A stretch of DNA of 24,643 bases from Solirubrobacteraceae bacterium (GCA_034664705.1 JAXDHC010000064.1:1-24643); one strand, 5' to 3'. Shown: positions 8,216 to 18,950, numbered from the stretch's first letter. Translations and numbers: made by a program. The notes: a model not told the origin generated them from the sequence alone.

Positions 8216-9217
8216 CTACGCCCCGCCGGCGCCGACCAGGTCGCCCACCGAGACGGGCTCGGTCACGAGCCCGTAGCGCCGGACGAGGCGGGCGGTGCGC
8301 TGCATCGACGCCGTGTCGAGCGTCGTGGTGAAGGTCGGCAGCTGCATGGTCCGGGCCAGCCGCGCGGGCGTCTTGGCGCGCTCGGACAGGAACGCGCGGA
8401 ACTCGTCCTGATGGGCCATGAGGTACGTCGCCGTCTGTCCCACGGCCGCCCGGAAGCGCCGCACCACACCGGGGCTCTCCCGCGCGAACCTGCGGCTGAC
8501 CGCGTAGGCGCCGACCTGCAGGCCCGGCTCCGTGCTCACGTAGGAGTAGTCGATGATCCGGTCCCCGTCGCGGCGGGCGATGGTCACGAACGGCTCGATC
8601 GCGAAGGCCGCGTCGACGTCGCCCTTGGCGAGCGCCGGCCCCATCTCGGGGAAGTCGACCTCGCTGAGCTTGACCTTCGAGGCGTCGACGCCCGCCTTCT
8701 GCAGCGACGCCCTGACCACGACCTCGGCGATGTTGTTGAGCGTGTTGACCGCGACCGTCCGGCCCTCGAGGTCGGCGACGTGGCGGATGGGGCTGTCCTT
8801 GGCCACCATGAGGGCGCCGAAGTCCTTCTCGTTCGCGCCGTGCGCCGAGGTGCCCGGCGCGATGGCCTGGATCGGCAGGCCCTTCGCGGCGGCGATCAGC
8901 AGCGAGACGACGTTGGAACCGCCGACCTGGATCTTGCCGCTCACGAGCGCGGGCACCGTCGCGGCGCCACCCTGCGCGCTCTGGAGGTCGACCTTCAGCC
9001 GGTGGCGGTCGAAGAAGCCCTTCGCGATGCCGAAGGCGACGAAGGCCGACGGCACGCCGGCGGTCTCCTGGACGGTCAGCGTGACCGCCCCGCTCCCGCC
9101 GCCGCTCGCGTTGCCGCTGCTCGCCCCGCCGCCGGCCGAGCCGCCGCAGCCCGCCACGGCCAGGACCGCCACGGTGGCCGCGGCGCTCGCCGCGAGCCGG
9201 TGCCTGCGAAGCCTCAT
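8216..9217 (-). CDS. ABC transporter substrate-binding lipoprotein, SsuA/THI5-like (333 aa)
   Basis: RBS GGAGGAGG; lipobox AVAGC; AKGFFDRHRL, AQGGAA, DLEGRTVAVNTL. Start re-called at ATG 9217 within ORF 8216..10477. Confidence 0.9.
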   Translation of the reverse strand: MRLRRHRLAASAAATVAVLAVAGCGGSAGGGASSGNASGGGSGAVTLTVQETAGVPSAFVAFGIAKGFFDRHRLKVDLQSAQGGAATVPALVSGKIQVGGSNVVSLLIAAAKGLPIQAIAPGTSAHGANEKDFGALMVAKDSPIRHVADLEGRTVAVNTLNNIAEVVVRASLQKAGVDASKVKLSEVDFPEMGPALAKGDVDAAFAIEPFVTIARRDGDRIIDYSYVSTEPGLQVGAYAVSRRFARESPGVVRRFRAAVGQTATYLMAHQDEFRAFLSERAKTPARLARTMQLPTFTTTLDTASMQRTARLVRRYGLVTEPVSVGDLVGAGGA

Positions 9218-9285
9218 CTGCGCTCCTCCTCCACGCGTGCTCGGAACTCTCCTGTCCCGAACGCGCGGTTCTGAACCCCGCGGCG

Positions 9286-10065
9286 TCAGGCGCCCGCGCC
9301 GGCGGGCGCGGGCACGCGGCCGGACAGCAGGCTGCCGGCGCCGGGCACCTCGGCGGGCAGGCCGAGGCGCGTGAGGATCGCGTACGTCGTCGCGGTCGCC
9401 GCCGAGATCACCGGGAGGCCCAGGTGGTCCTCGACGGGCTGCACGGACGGCAGCGAGGGCATCTGCACGCAGGCGGAGAGGATCAGCGCGTCGACGTCGC
9501 TCGTGTCGAGCTCGTCGGCGATGTCGACGAGCCGGGCGGGATCGAGGCGGCCGACCTCGAGGTTGTCGGCGACCTCGAGGCTCACCGAGCGGCGGACGTC
9601 GATGCTGCCGGCGCCGATGTAGTCGCAGACCATGCCGGTCAGGGACTTCACGTACGGCGCGATCACGGCCACGCGGCCGGCGCCGAGGACCCCCAGCGCC
9701 TCGACGAGCGCGCCGGCGCTGCTGATCGTCGGGATCTCGTGGCCGGCCGTCTCCGCCGCGCGCGCGGCGAGGCGCCGCTCGATCTCGGCGTGGGCCCCGG
9801 GGCCCTCGTTCATGACCGCGACGAGGCAGGCGTAGGCGATCACGTCGACGCCGGCGTCGGCGACCTCGGCGGCGCACCGCTCGCTGTCGCGGACCATCGC
9901 GGAGAGCTCCTCGGAGCTGACCTGCTTGAGGTGCGCGCGGCTGGAGTGGAACGTGAACGTCTCCGGCGCCACCTCCTCGCGGCGGCGGAACAGGAGCGGC
10001 AGCTCGGTCTCCATCGTCGTGTTCGAGCTCGGCACGATGAGCCCGATGCGGTGAGGGGTCGGCAT
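9286..10065 (-). CDS. maiA: Maleate cis-trans isomerase (Asp/Glu racemase superfamily), 259 aa
   Basis: [16 protein letters not shown] start and both catalytic-Cys motifs YACLVA and LSACVQMPS, characteristic of maleate isomerases (MaiA/NicE). Confidence 0.8.
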   Translation of the reverse strand: MPTPHRIGLIVPSSNTTMETELPLLFRRREEVAPETFTFHSSRAHLKQVSSEELSAMVRDSERCAAEVADAGVDVIAYACLVAVMNEGPGAHAEIERRLAARAAETAGHEIPTISSAGALVEALGVLGAGRVAVIAPYVKSLTGMVCDYIGAGSIDVRRSVSLEVADNLEVGRLDPARLVDIADELDTSDVDALILSACVQMPSLPSVQPVEDHLGLPVISAATATTYAILTRLGLPAEVPGAGSLLSGRVPAPAGAGA

Positions 10066-10123
10066 ATCCGTCTGGTGCCCGCCCGCACCGCCCGTCAGAC
10101 GCGATCCGGCGATCATGCGCGCC

Positions 10124-10564
10124 GTGAGCCGCCCGGAGCGCCCCTCCCCCGCCGACTACGCCCACCGGCGCGCGATCCCGACGCGCTGGAAGGACAACGA
10201 CGTCTACGGGCACGTCAACAACGTCGAGTACTACTCGTTCTTCGACACGGTGATCAACGCGTGGCTCGTCGCCGAGGGCGGCCTCGACATCCACGGCGGA
10301 GCGGTCATCGGGCTGTGCGTCGAGTCGCACTGTGAGTTCCACGCGCCGCTCGCGTTCCCCGACACCGTCGAGGCCGCGCTGCGCGTCGGCCACCTGGGGC
10401 GCTCGAGCGTGCGCTACGAGATCGGGCTCTTCCGCGAGGGCGAGCGGGGCCCCGCGGCGACCGGCTGGTTCGTGCACGTGTTCGTCGACCGCGAGGCGCG
10501 CCGGGCCGTCGAGATCCCGCCGCCGCTGCGCGGCGCGCTGCAGCGGCTGATCGTCGCGGGGTGA
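10124..10564 (+). CDS. Acyl-CoA thioesterase, hot-dog fold (4HBT/YbgC-FadM family)
   Basis: [14 protein letters not shown] motif and [13 protein letters not shown]. Start is GTG 10124 (GATCAT -10-like hexamer 7 nt upstream) or ATG 10115. Confidence 0.88.
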   Translation: MSRPERPSPADYAHRRAIPTRWKDNDVYGHVNNVEYYSFFDTVINAWLVAEGGLDIHGGAVIGLCVESHCEFHAPLAFPDTVEAALRVGHLGRSSVRYEIGLFREGERGPAATGWFVHVFVDREARRAVEIPPPLRGALQRLIVAG

Positions 10565-10595
10565 GCGGCGCGCCGCCCGTGGGCATCATGCGCGT

Positions 10596-12227
<1,632 letters not shown>

Positions 12228-12337
12228 GACGGCCGGGAAGCGTCGGCCGCCGGGCCGGCGGCGGCGGCAACCGCGGTGTCGCGCGCGTGACCGGGGCTAG
12301 GATCGGCCCGGATGGGCCACTTCACGGAGGAGAGAGC

Positions 12338-13231
12338 ATGCGCACGAGACTGATCGCCGCCGTCGCCGCGGCCGTGGCGGTGGGCGCCGTCGCCACGGCG
12401 GCCGCCCAGACGTTCCCGGCCCGCATCGACCTGCCGCGCGGCTGGCAGCCCGAGGGCATCGCCGCCGCCGGCGGCAACGCGCTGCTCGTCGGCTCGATCC
12501 CCACCGGCGGGGTCTACCGCGTCGACTCGCGGACCGGGCGCGGGCGGGTGTTCGTGAGCGGCCGTCGGGGCCGCGCGGCGATCGGCCTGAAGGTGGCCGG
12601 CGGCCGGCTCTTCGTCGCCGGCGGGCCGACCGGCCGGGGCTTCGTGTACAGCGCCCGGACCGGCCGTCCGGTCAAGGCGTTCCGGCTCGCGCCGGCGGGC
12701 CAGGAGACCTTCGTCAACGACGTCGCCGTCACCCCGAAGGCCGCGTACTTCACGGACTCGCGGCGCAGCGCGCTCTACGTACTGCCGCGCAACCTGTCCC
12801 AGCCCACGCGGCTCGATCTGCCCGACATCCCGCTGGCCGCCGGGAACAACCTCAACGGCATCGTCGCCACGCCGGACGGCCGCACGCTCATCGCCGTCCA
12901 GACGAACGCGGCCAAGCTGTGGCGGATCAACCCGACGACCGGCCGGGCGACCGAGATCGACCTCAACGGGACCTCCGTGGCCAACGGCGACGGCCTCCTG
13001 CTCGTCGGGCGGACGCTCTACGTCGTGCGCAACCGCGACAACCGCATCGCGGTGCTGACGCTGAACAGCGGCCTGTCCGAGGCCACGCTCGCGCGGACGA
13101 TCCGCAGCTCGCGCTTCGACGTGCCGACGACGCTGGCGCGGATCGACCGCCGCCTGTACGCGGTCAACGCGCGCTTCGGCACGACGCCCAGGCCCTCGAC
13201 GCCGTACTCGGTGACGGGCTTCGCGCGGTAG
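12338..13231 (+). CDS. Secreted SMP-30/gluconolactonase-like beta-propeller protein
   Basis: RBS GGAGGAGA, signal peptide MRTRLIAAVAAAVAVGAVATAAAQ; GWQPEGIA, FVNDVAVT, AYFTDS, NLNGIVAT, NGDGLLL propeller blade motifs. Start re-called at ATG 12338. Confidence 0.8.
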   Translation: MRTRLIAAVAAAVAVGAVATAAAQTFPARIDLPRGWQPEGIAAAGGNALLVGSIPTGGVYRVDSRTGRGRVFVSGRRGRAAIGLKVAGGRLFVAGGPTGRGFVYSARTGRPVKAFRLAPAGQETFVNDVAVTPKAAYFTDSRRSALYVLPRNLSQPTRLDLPDIPLAAGNNLNGIVATPDGRTLIAVQTNAAKLWRINPTTGRATEIDLNGTSVANGDGLLLVGRTLYVVRNRDNRIAVLTLNSGLSEATLARTIRSSRFDVPTTLARIDRRLYAVNARFGTTPRPSTPYSVTGFAR

Positions 13232-13234
13232 CCG

Positions 13235-13897
13235 TCAGGGCACGCGCGGGGCGGCGCCGGGGCGACCCGCGCCGGCCGCCGCGAGGAAGACCGCGACGAG
13301 GCGCGGGTCGTAGCGCCGGCCCGCGCCGCGGCGCAGCTGGTCGAGCGCGTCGGGCACCGAGCGCGCCGACCGGTAGGGCCGGGCGTGGGTCATCGCGTCG
13401 TAGGCGTCGCAGATCGTGATGATGCGGGCGCCCAGCGGGATGTCCTCGCCGCACAGCCCGTCGGGGTAGCCGCTGCCGTCCCAGCGCTCGTGCGACGAGC
13501 GGACCATGGCGGCAACGGGCGCCGGCTCGGCGGCGGCGGCGATGATCGCCTCGCCGACGACGGTGTGGCGGCGCATGACCTCGAGCTCGTCGTCCGACAG
13601 CGACCCGGGCTTGTTCAGGATGCTGTCGGGCACCGCGACCTTCCCGACGTCGTGGAGCTCCGCGGCGCGGACCACGAGGTGCAGGTCGTCCTCGCCCAGC
13701 CCGAGGCCGTGCCCGACGCGGCCGGCGAGCGCGGCGACGGCGCCGTGATGGGTCGCCATGCGCGGCGCGCGCTGCGCCAGCGCCTCGGTCAGGCGGTCGG
13801 GGCTCGGCGCGGCCGCCGGGCACCCGGAGGCGCGCAGGCGGACGCTTCGCCCGAGGGCGGCACGTCGCACGCGCAGAGGCCGGGTCGGCTTCCCCAT
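13235..13897 (-). CDS. Stand-alone HD-GYP domain protein (putative cyclic-dinucleotide phosphodiesterase)
   Basis: LHDVGK, RRHTVVG, HERWDGSGYP, ARIITICDAYDAMTHARPYR. Start uncertain (13897 or 13960). Confidence 0.85.
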   Translation of the reverse strand: MGKPTRPLRVRRAALGRSVRLRASGCPAAAPSPDRLTEALAQRAPRMATHHGAVAALAGRVGHGLGLGEDDLHLVVRAAELHDVGKVAVPDSILNKPGSLSDDELEVMRRHTVVGEAIIAAAAEPAPVAAMVRSSHERWDGSGYPDGLCGEDIPLGARIITICDAYDAMTHARPYRSARSVPDALDQLRRGAGRRYDPRLVAVFLAAAGAGRPGAAPRVP

Positions 13898-13949
13898 GCC
13901 GACAGGAATCGGCTCTGGAGGAACATTTCTTGACCGCTCGGGGCGGCAC

Positions 13950-13998
13950 CTGACGCCCACTGACTCCTCCTTGACGCCCCCGGCGCGACAATCCGCCG
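13950..13998 (+). promoter_or_regulatory. Leaderless promoter with phased TGAC direct repeats
   Basis: TGAC at 13951, 13961 and 13972 (also 13931); GACAAT at 13987-13992; ATG 6 nt later at 13999. Confidence 0.6.
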
Positions 13999-15216
13999 AT
14001 GGCGGCGAGCGCCAAGCTCCTGGGGACGGCGGCTGCGCTGGCCCTGGTCGGCGCCGGTGCGGCGGTGGCGGTGACGCGGGACGGCGGCGCGGCCGCGCCG
14101 CCGAGGCCGAGCGCCGCGGCGCCTCCGATCACGCCACCCGAGGCGACGGTGACCGCCGCGCCGGAGACCCCCACCGCCCCCGACGTCGTCATGGTCCGCC
14201 GGGCCGGCGGCGTGCCGGACGCGTGGGCCGGGCGCCTGCGCCGGATGGCGGGCGTCGGCGCCGTCTCGCGCGTCACGCGCGCGCAGGCGCTCCTGCGCGC
14301 CACGCGGGCTGCCGGCGACGGGCGCGGGCGCCAGGTCCCCGCCGGGTACGCCGTCGTGCTCGACACGCTGGTCGTCGAGCCGCGGAGCTACGCCGCGATG
14401 CTCCCGGCCACCGACGCGCGGACCTTCGCCCGCCTGCGCCCCGGCGCCGCGCTGCTCTCGCGCAGCTCCGCGCGCGTGCGCCGCGCCGGACGCGGATCGA
14501 CGCTCACGCTCGCCGGCGGACGGCGCCTGCGCGTCGTCGGGATCGTCGACGACGGTCTCGTGCGCTCGGCGGAGCTCGTCGTCAGCCGGGCGGAGGGACG
14601 GCGGCTCGGGCCGGCCGGGGCCTACCTGCTCGCGGCGATCCGGACGCCGTCCTCCGTGCGCCGCGCGTCGCACGCGTTCGACGGCGCGCGCTCGGTCGTC
14701 GCCGACCTCGGCCCGGCCCCGTGGCCGGTGCGCGGGCGCATCGCGCGGCCCGCCGCGCTCAAGCTGCGCTTCGGGGAGTTCGCGGTGCGCGAGCCGGTCG
14801 GCGCCGACTGGATCCAGCCGCACCCCGCGTGGGTCCGGCGCAACATCGTCTCCCGGCGCGTGCCCGTGCTCGGGTCCGTGACCTGCCACCGGCGCATGGT
14901 CCCCGCGCTGCGCCGCGCGATGGCCGAGCTCGTGCGGCGCCGGCTCACGCGACTCGTGGACCCCCGCGACTACGCCGGGTGCTACGCGCCGCGCCGGATC
15001 CCCGGCTCGGGCACGTTGTCGCTGCACGCGTGGGGGCTCGCCGTCGACCTCAACGCCGGCCGCAACCCGCAGGGCTCCCGGCCGCGCCAGGACCGGCGCC
15101 TCGTCGCGGTGATGGAGCGCCACGGCTTCTCGTGGGGCGGGCGCTGGCCGACCGTGCCCGACGGCATGCACTTCGAGTTCCACGGCGACGGCGCCGCCGC
15201 CGGGGCTCCGCTGTAG
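13999..15216 (+). CDS. M15-family (D-Ala-D-Ala-type) Zn metallopeptidase with N-terminal membrane anchor and a large central domain
   Basis: C-terminal GCYAPR...SLHAWGLAVDLN and WPTVPDGMHFE; hydrophobic N-terminus. Confidence 0.85.
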   Translation: MAASAKLLGTAAALALVGAGAAVAVTRDGGAAAPPRPSAAAPPITPPEATVTAAPETPTAPDVVMVRRAGGVPDAWAGRLRRMAGVGAVSRVTRAQALLRATRAAGDGRGRQVPAGYAVVLDTLVVEPRSYAAMLPATDARTFARLRPGAALLSRSSARVRRAGRGSTLTLAGGRRLRVVGIVDDGLVRSAELVVSRAEGRRLGPAGAYLLAAIRTPSSVRRASHAFDGARSVVADLGPAPWPVRGRIARPAALKLRFGEFAVREPVGADWIQPHPAWVRRNIVSRRVPVLGSVTCHRRMVPALRRAMAELVRRRLTRLVDPRDYAGCYAPRRIPGSGTLSLHAWGLAVDLNAGRNPQGSRPRQDRRLVAVMERHGFSWGGRWPTVPDGMHFEFHGDGAAAGAPL

Positions 15217-15240
15217 CGCCGGGGGCGCCCGCCCGCCCGG

Positions 15241-16113
15241 CTACTCGGCGCGGCTGAACTGCACGATCGCCACGCCGAGCATCGCGAGGCCGAGCACCGC
15301 GACGACGCCCGCCTCGACGAGGGTGGGCACGTGCCAGCCCCACCAGGTCACGCCGGGGTCGAGCGCGGCACGCGCGGCCGGGCTGATGTCGAGCTCCGCA
15401 AACACGGCGCGGCGCATCGGGTCGACCGCGTAGGTGAGCGGGTCGACGCGGTTCAGCAGCTCCAGCCAGCGCGGCAGGTCGCCCACGGGGAAGAGCGCGC
15501 CCGACAGGAAGAACATCGGCATGACGAGCATCTGCGTCAGCGCCATGAACGACTGCATCTGGGTGATGCGCGCCGCGGCCATGACCCCGAACGCCGTGAT
15601 CGAGAACGCGAGCAGCAGCTGCAGCGCGAACAGCTCGAGCAGCATCAGCGGCGCGTAGGGCACGCCGACGAGGCCGGCCAGGGCGAGCACGACGATCCCC
15701 TGGAAGCCGGCCACCGTCGCGCCGCCGAGGCACTTGCCCAGGACGATCGACCCGCGGCGCACGGGCGCGACGAGCATCTCGCGCAGGAAGCCGAACTCGC
15801 GGTCCCACACGATCGACGCCGCCGAGAAGATCGCGGTGAACATCACCGCCATCGCGAGCACGCCCGGGTAGACGAACGTGCGCAGGTCGACGCCGTGGGT
15901 GCCGGCCGACGCGAGGCGCTGCAGGCCGCCGCCGAGGACGAACAGGAACAGCAGCGGCTGCAGCAGCGACGTGACGATCCGCACGCGGTCGCGGCTGAAG
16001 CGGATGAGCTCGCGCTGCCAGACGATCTTGACCGCGCGCAGGTCGCCGCGCACGCTGCGCGCCGGGACGTGGACGCGCGCGACGGGCGCCGTGGTCCCGC
16101 CGGTCGCGCTCAC
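15241..16113 (-). CDS. ABC-2 type exporter permease (DrrB-like)
   Basis: IVWDREFGFLREMLVAP, MFFLSGALFP, DPLTYAVD; multiple TM segments. Confidence 0.93.
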   Translation of the reverse strand: MSATGGTTAPVARVHVPARSVRGDLRAVKIVWQRELIRFSRDRVRIVTSLLQPLLFLFVLGGGLQRLASAGTHGVDLRTFVYPGVLAMAVMFTAIFSAASIVWDREFGFLREMLVAPVRRGSIVLGKCLGGATVAGFQGIVVLALAGLVGVPYAPLMLLELFALQLLLAFSITAFGVMAAARITQMQSFMALTQMLVMPMFFLSGALFPVGDLPRWLELLNRVDPLTYAVDPMRRAVFAELDISPAARAALDPGVTWWGWHVPTLVEAGVVAVLGLAMLGVAIVQFSRAE

Positions 16114-17126
16114 CGCGCCATCATCCTGGCCATCGGCCGGGCGCGCTCGGCGCGCGACGCCTCGGCGTCGCGGATCGTCGTGCCCGTGTAGGACATGAAG
16201 ACGTCGTCGAGCGACGGCCGCGCGACGCTCACCGAGCGGATCGGCACGCCGAGCTCGGCGAACAGGCGCGGCACGAACTGCTCGCCCGCCTCCACGGCGA
16301 AGGTGACCATCCCCTCGGCGACCGTCGCCTCGATCCCGAAGCGCTCCGCGAGCGCGGCGATCGCCGCCGCGTCGTCGTCGGTGGAGATCTGGACGCGGTC
16401 GCGCCCGACGCTCGCCTTCAGCGCCGGCGGCGTGTCGACCACGATGATCCGGCCCTGGTCCATGATCGCGATGCGGTCGCAGTACTCCGCCTCGTCCATG
16501 TAGTGCGTGGTGAGGAAGATCGTGATGTCCTCGGCGTCCTTGAGCTCGCGGATGTAGCGCCAGATCGAGCTGCGCGTCTGCGGGTCCAGGCCGATCGTCG
16601 GCTCGTCGAGGAACAGGACCCGCGGCGAGTGCAGCAGCCCGCGCGCGATCTCGAGGCGGCGCTTCATGCCGCCCGAGAACGTCGCCACGCGGCTGCGCCG
16701 GCGCTCCCAGAGGCCGACCATCTCGAGGACCTGGCGCATCCGGTCGGCGACCGCCGCCCGCGGCACCCCGTACAGCTCGGCGTGCAGGCGCAGGTTCTGC
16801 TCGGCGGTGAGGTAGCCGTCGAGCGTCGTGTCCTGGAAGACGAGGCCGATGTTCCGGCGCACCTCGTCGCGCTCGGACGCGACGTCGTGGCCGGCCACCG
16901 TGGCGCTGCCGGCGGTCGGGCGCACGAGGGTGCAGAGCACGCCGATCGTCGTCGTCTTGCCGGCCCCGTTGGGCCCGAGGAAGCCGAACGTCTCCCCCGC
17001 CGCGACATCGAAGTCGATGCCGCTGATCGCCTCGATGTCGCCGTAGCGCTTCACGAGGCCGCGCACGCGCACCGCGGGCGGGCGCGTCGCGACCGGCGCT
17101 GTCCGGTGCCCTTCGGCGACGGTCAC
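16110..17126 (-). CDS. ABC exporter ATP-binding protein (DrrA-like)
   Basis: Walker A GPNGAGKTT, signature FSGGM, Walker B LFLDEP, TTHY; 4-nt overlaps with both neighbours. Confidence 0.95.
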   Translation of the reverse strand: MTVAEGHRTAPVATRPPAVRVRGLVKRYGDIEAISGIDFDVAAGETFGFLGPNGAGKTTTIGVLCTLVRPTAGSATVAGHDVASERDEVRRNIGLVFQDTTLDGYLTAEQNLRLHAELYGVPRAAVADRMRQVLEMVGLWERRRSRVATFSGGMKRRLEIARGLLHSPRVLFLDEPTIGLDPQTRSSIWRYIRELKDAEDITIFLTTHYMDEAEYCDRIAIMDQGRIIVVDTPPALKASVGRDRVQISTDDDAAAIAALAERFGIEATVAEGMVTFAVEAGEQFVPRLFAELGVPIRSVSVARPSLDDVFMSYTGTTIRDAEASRAERARPMARMMAR

Positions 17127-17779
17127 GCGCGCGCCTCGTCCCCCGGGTCGCCGTCGGCGAGGATCCGGTACAGGGCGCGCCGCGTGTCGGCGAGCACGCG
17201 CCCGGCCGCGGCGATCTGCGTCTCGCTGCCCGCGTGCATCACCTGGGCGAACGCCATGGCGACGTCACGCATCAGCGCGCCGTTCTCCACGACCTGGCCG
17301 CTCAGGGTGTCGGTGAACGTCTCCCACGGCGCGGGGCCCTCCGGGCGCTCGGCCACATACGCGCGACCGGCGTCGGTCAGATGGAAGAGACGGCGCCCAT
17401 CCGTCTCGGCGGACCGGACGAGCCCCTCGTCCTCGAGCTGCTGCAGCGCGGGGTACACCGAGCCGGGGCTCGGCCGCCACATGCCCTCGCTGCGCTCCTC
17501 GAGCGCCTGCATGATCCCGTAGCCGTTGCGCGGCTCCTCGGCCAGCAGCAGCAGCGCGGCAGTGCGGACGTCGCCGCGGCGCGCCTTGGGCCGGCGCCCC
17601 GACGGCCCACCGCCGGGCAGCGGGAACATGTGCCGGCCGGGGCCGAACCCGCCGAGACCCCGCCCGGGCGGGCCGAAGGGGCGCCGGGCGCGGCCGCCCA
17701 TGGCGAGCAGCGCGGCGGCCGCTCGCAGCAGGCGATGGGAATGGACGGGGCGCTCCCACGTCGCATGGATGGCGGTCAT
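17123..17779 (-). CDS. PadR-family transcriptional regulator with Gly/Pro-rich N-terminal extension (218 aa)
   Basis: RRGDVRTAALLLLAEEPRNGYGIMQ...WRPSPGSVYPALQQLEDEGLV; RBS GGAGAGG before ATG 17779. Confidence 0.92.
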   Translation of the reverse strand: MTAIHATWERPVHSHRLLRAAAALLAMGGRARRPFGPPGRGLGGFGPGRHMFPLPGGGPSGRRPKARRGDVRTAALLLLAEEPRNGYGIMQALEERSEGMWRPSPGSVYPALQQLEDEGLVRSAETDGRRLFHLTDAGRAYVAERPEGPAPWETFTDTLSGQVVENGALMRDVAMAFAQVMHAGSETQIAAAGRVLADTRRALYRILADGDPGDEARA

Positions 17780-17804
17780 GACATCCTCTCCGTCGGATCG
17801 ATCA

Positions 17805-17830
17805 CGATAGTCGACGATATATCGGTATCG
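17805..17830. promoter_or_regulatory. Candidate PadR autoregulatory operator
   Basis: Perfect palindrome CGATATATCG (17815-17824) flanked by degenerate copies CGATAGTCG (17805-17813) and CGGTATCG (17823-17830), in an AT-enriched patch about 35 nt upstream of padR. Confidence 0.6.
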
Positions 17831-17873
17831 AGGACGGGGCAACCAGGGTGGTCCGAGCGGCGACAATCCCCCG

Positions 17874-18899
17874 ATGACCTACGTCCCGGCCCCGGACCGC
17901 TACGACTCGATGCGCTACCGCCGAAGCGGACGCAGCGGCCTCAAGCTTCCCGAGATCTCGCTCGGCCTGTGGCACAACTTCGGCTTCGACCGCCCGATCG
18001 AGACGTCGCGCGCGATCGTGCGCCGCGCGTTCGACCTCGGCATCACGCACTTCGACCTCGCCAACAACTACGGCCCGCCGTACGGCTCCGCGGAGCGGAC
18101 GTTCGGGCAGATCCTCGCCGACGACCTGCGCCCCCACCGCGACGAGCTCGTCATCTCCACCAAGGCCGGCTACGACATGTGGCCCGGCCCGTACGGCGAG
18201 TGGGGCTCGCGCAAGTACCTGCTCTCGAGCCTCGACCAGAGCCTCCAGCGCATGGGTCTCGACTACGTCGACATCTTCTACTCGCACCGGTTCGACCCGG
18301 ACACGCCGCTCGAGGAGACGATGGGCGCGCTGGACACCGCGGTGCGCCAGGGCAAGGCGCTGTACGTCGGGATCTCGTCGTACTCGGCCGCGCGCACCGC
18401 CGAGGCCGCGCGGATCCTGCGCGAGCTCGGCACGCCGCTCGTGATCCACCAGCCCTCGTACTCGCTGCTGAACCGCTGGATCGAGCCCGATCTCCTCGAC
18501 GTCCTCGGCGAGGAGGGCATCGGCTGCATCGTCTTCTCGCCGCTCGCCCAGGGGATGCTCACCGACAAGTACCTCGGCGGCGTGCCGGAGGGCTCGCGCG
18601 CCTCGCGCGACAGCTCGCTGTCCACCGATCTGCTCTCCGAGCAGAACCTCGCCCACGTGCGCGCGCTGAACGAGCGCGCCCAGGAGCGCGGGCAGTCGCT
18701 CGCCCAGATGGCGCTCGCGTGGACGCTGCGCGACCCGCGGGTCACCTCGACGCTGATCGGCGCCAGCAGCGTCCGTCAGCTCGAGGAGAACGTCGCGGCC
18801 CTCGAGCGGCTGCCGTTCACCGACGACGAGCTCGAGGCGATCGACCGGCACGCGGTCGACGCCGGGATCAACCTGTGGGCGCCGTCGAGCGCGGAGTGA
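17874..18899 (+). CDS. mgrA: Aldo/keto reductase, L-glyceraldehyde 3-phosphate reductase (MgrA/YghZ type)
   Basis: RSGRSGLKLPEISLGLWHNFG, THFDLANNYGPPYGSAE, ISTKAGYDMWPGPYGEWGSRKYL, DIFYSHRFDP. GACAAT (17862-17867) 6 nt before the ATG suggests a leaderless transcript. Confidence 0.93.
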   Translation: MTYVPAPDRYDSMRYRRSGRSGLKLPEISLGLWHNFGFDRPIETSRAIVRRAFDLGITHFDLANNYGPPYGSAERTFGQILADDLRPHRDELVISTKAGYDMWPGPYGEWGSRKYLLSSLDQSLQRMGLDYVDIFYSHRFDPDTPLEETMGALDTAVRQGKALYVGISSYSAARTAEAARILRELGTPLVIHQPSYSLLNRWIEPDLLDVLGEEGIGCIVFSPLAQGMLTDKYLGGVPEGSRASRDSSLSTDLLSEQNLAHVRALNERAQERGQSLAQMALAWTLRDPRVTSTLIGASSVRQLEENVAALERLPFTDDELEAIDRHAVDAGINLWAPSSAE

Positions 18900-18950
18900 G
18901 GGCCGCGGGCATCTCGTAGCGCGCGAGGGCAACGAGCGCGTGTTCGACCA

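Noticed and set aside
8216-10477. 753-aa ORF as a single protein
   Set aside because: The N-terminal part overlaps the maleate isomerase and thioesterase genes; an RBS and lipoprotein signal define a start at 9217.
12338-13231. Superoxide dismutase label often propagated to this family
   Set aside because: No Cu/Zn, Fe/Mn or Ni SOD motifs; the sequence shows beta-propeller blades only.
15241-17126. Daunorubicin resistance (drrAB) call
   Set aside because: Family-level similarity only; the substrate cannot be inferred.
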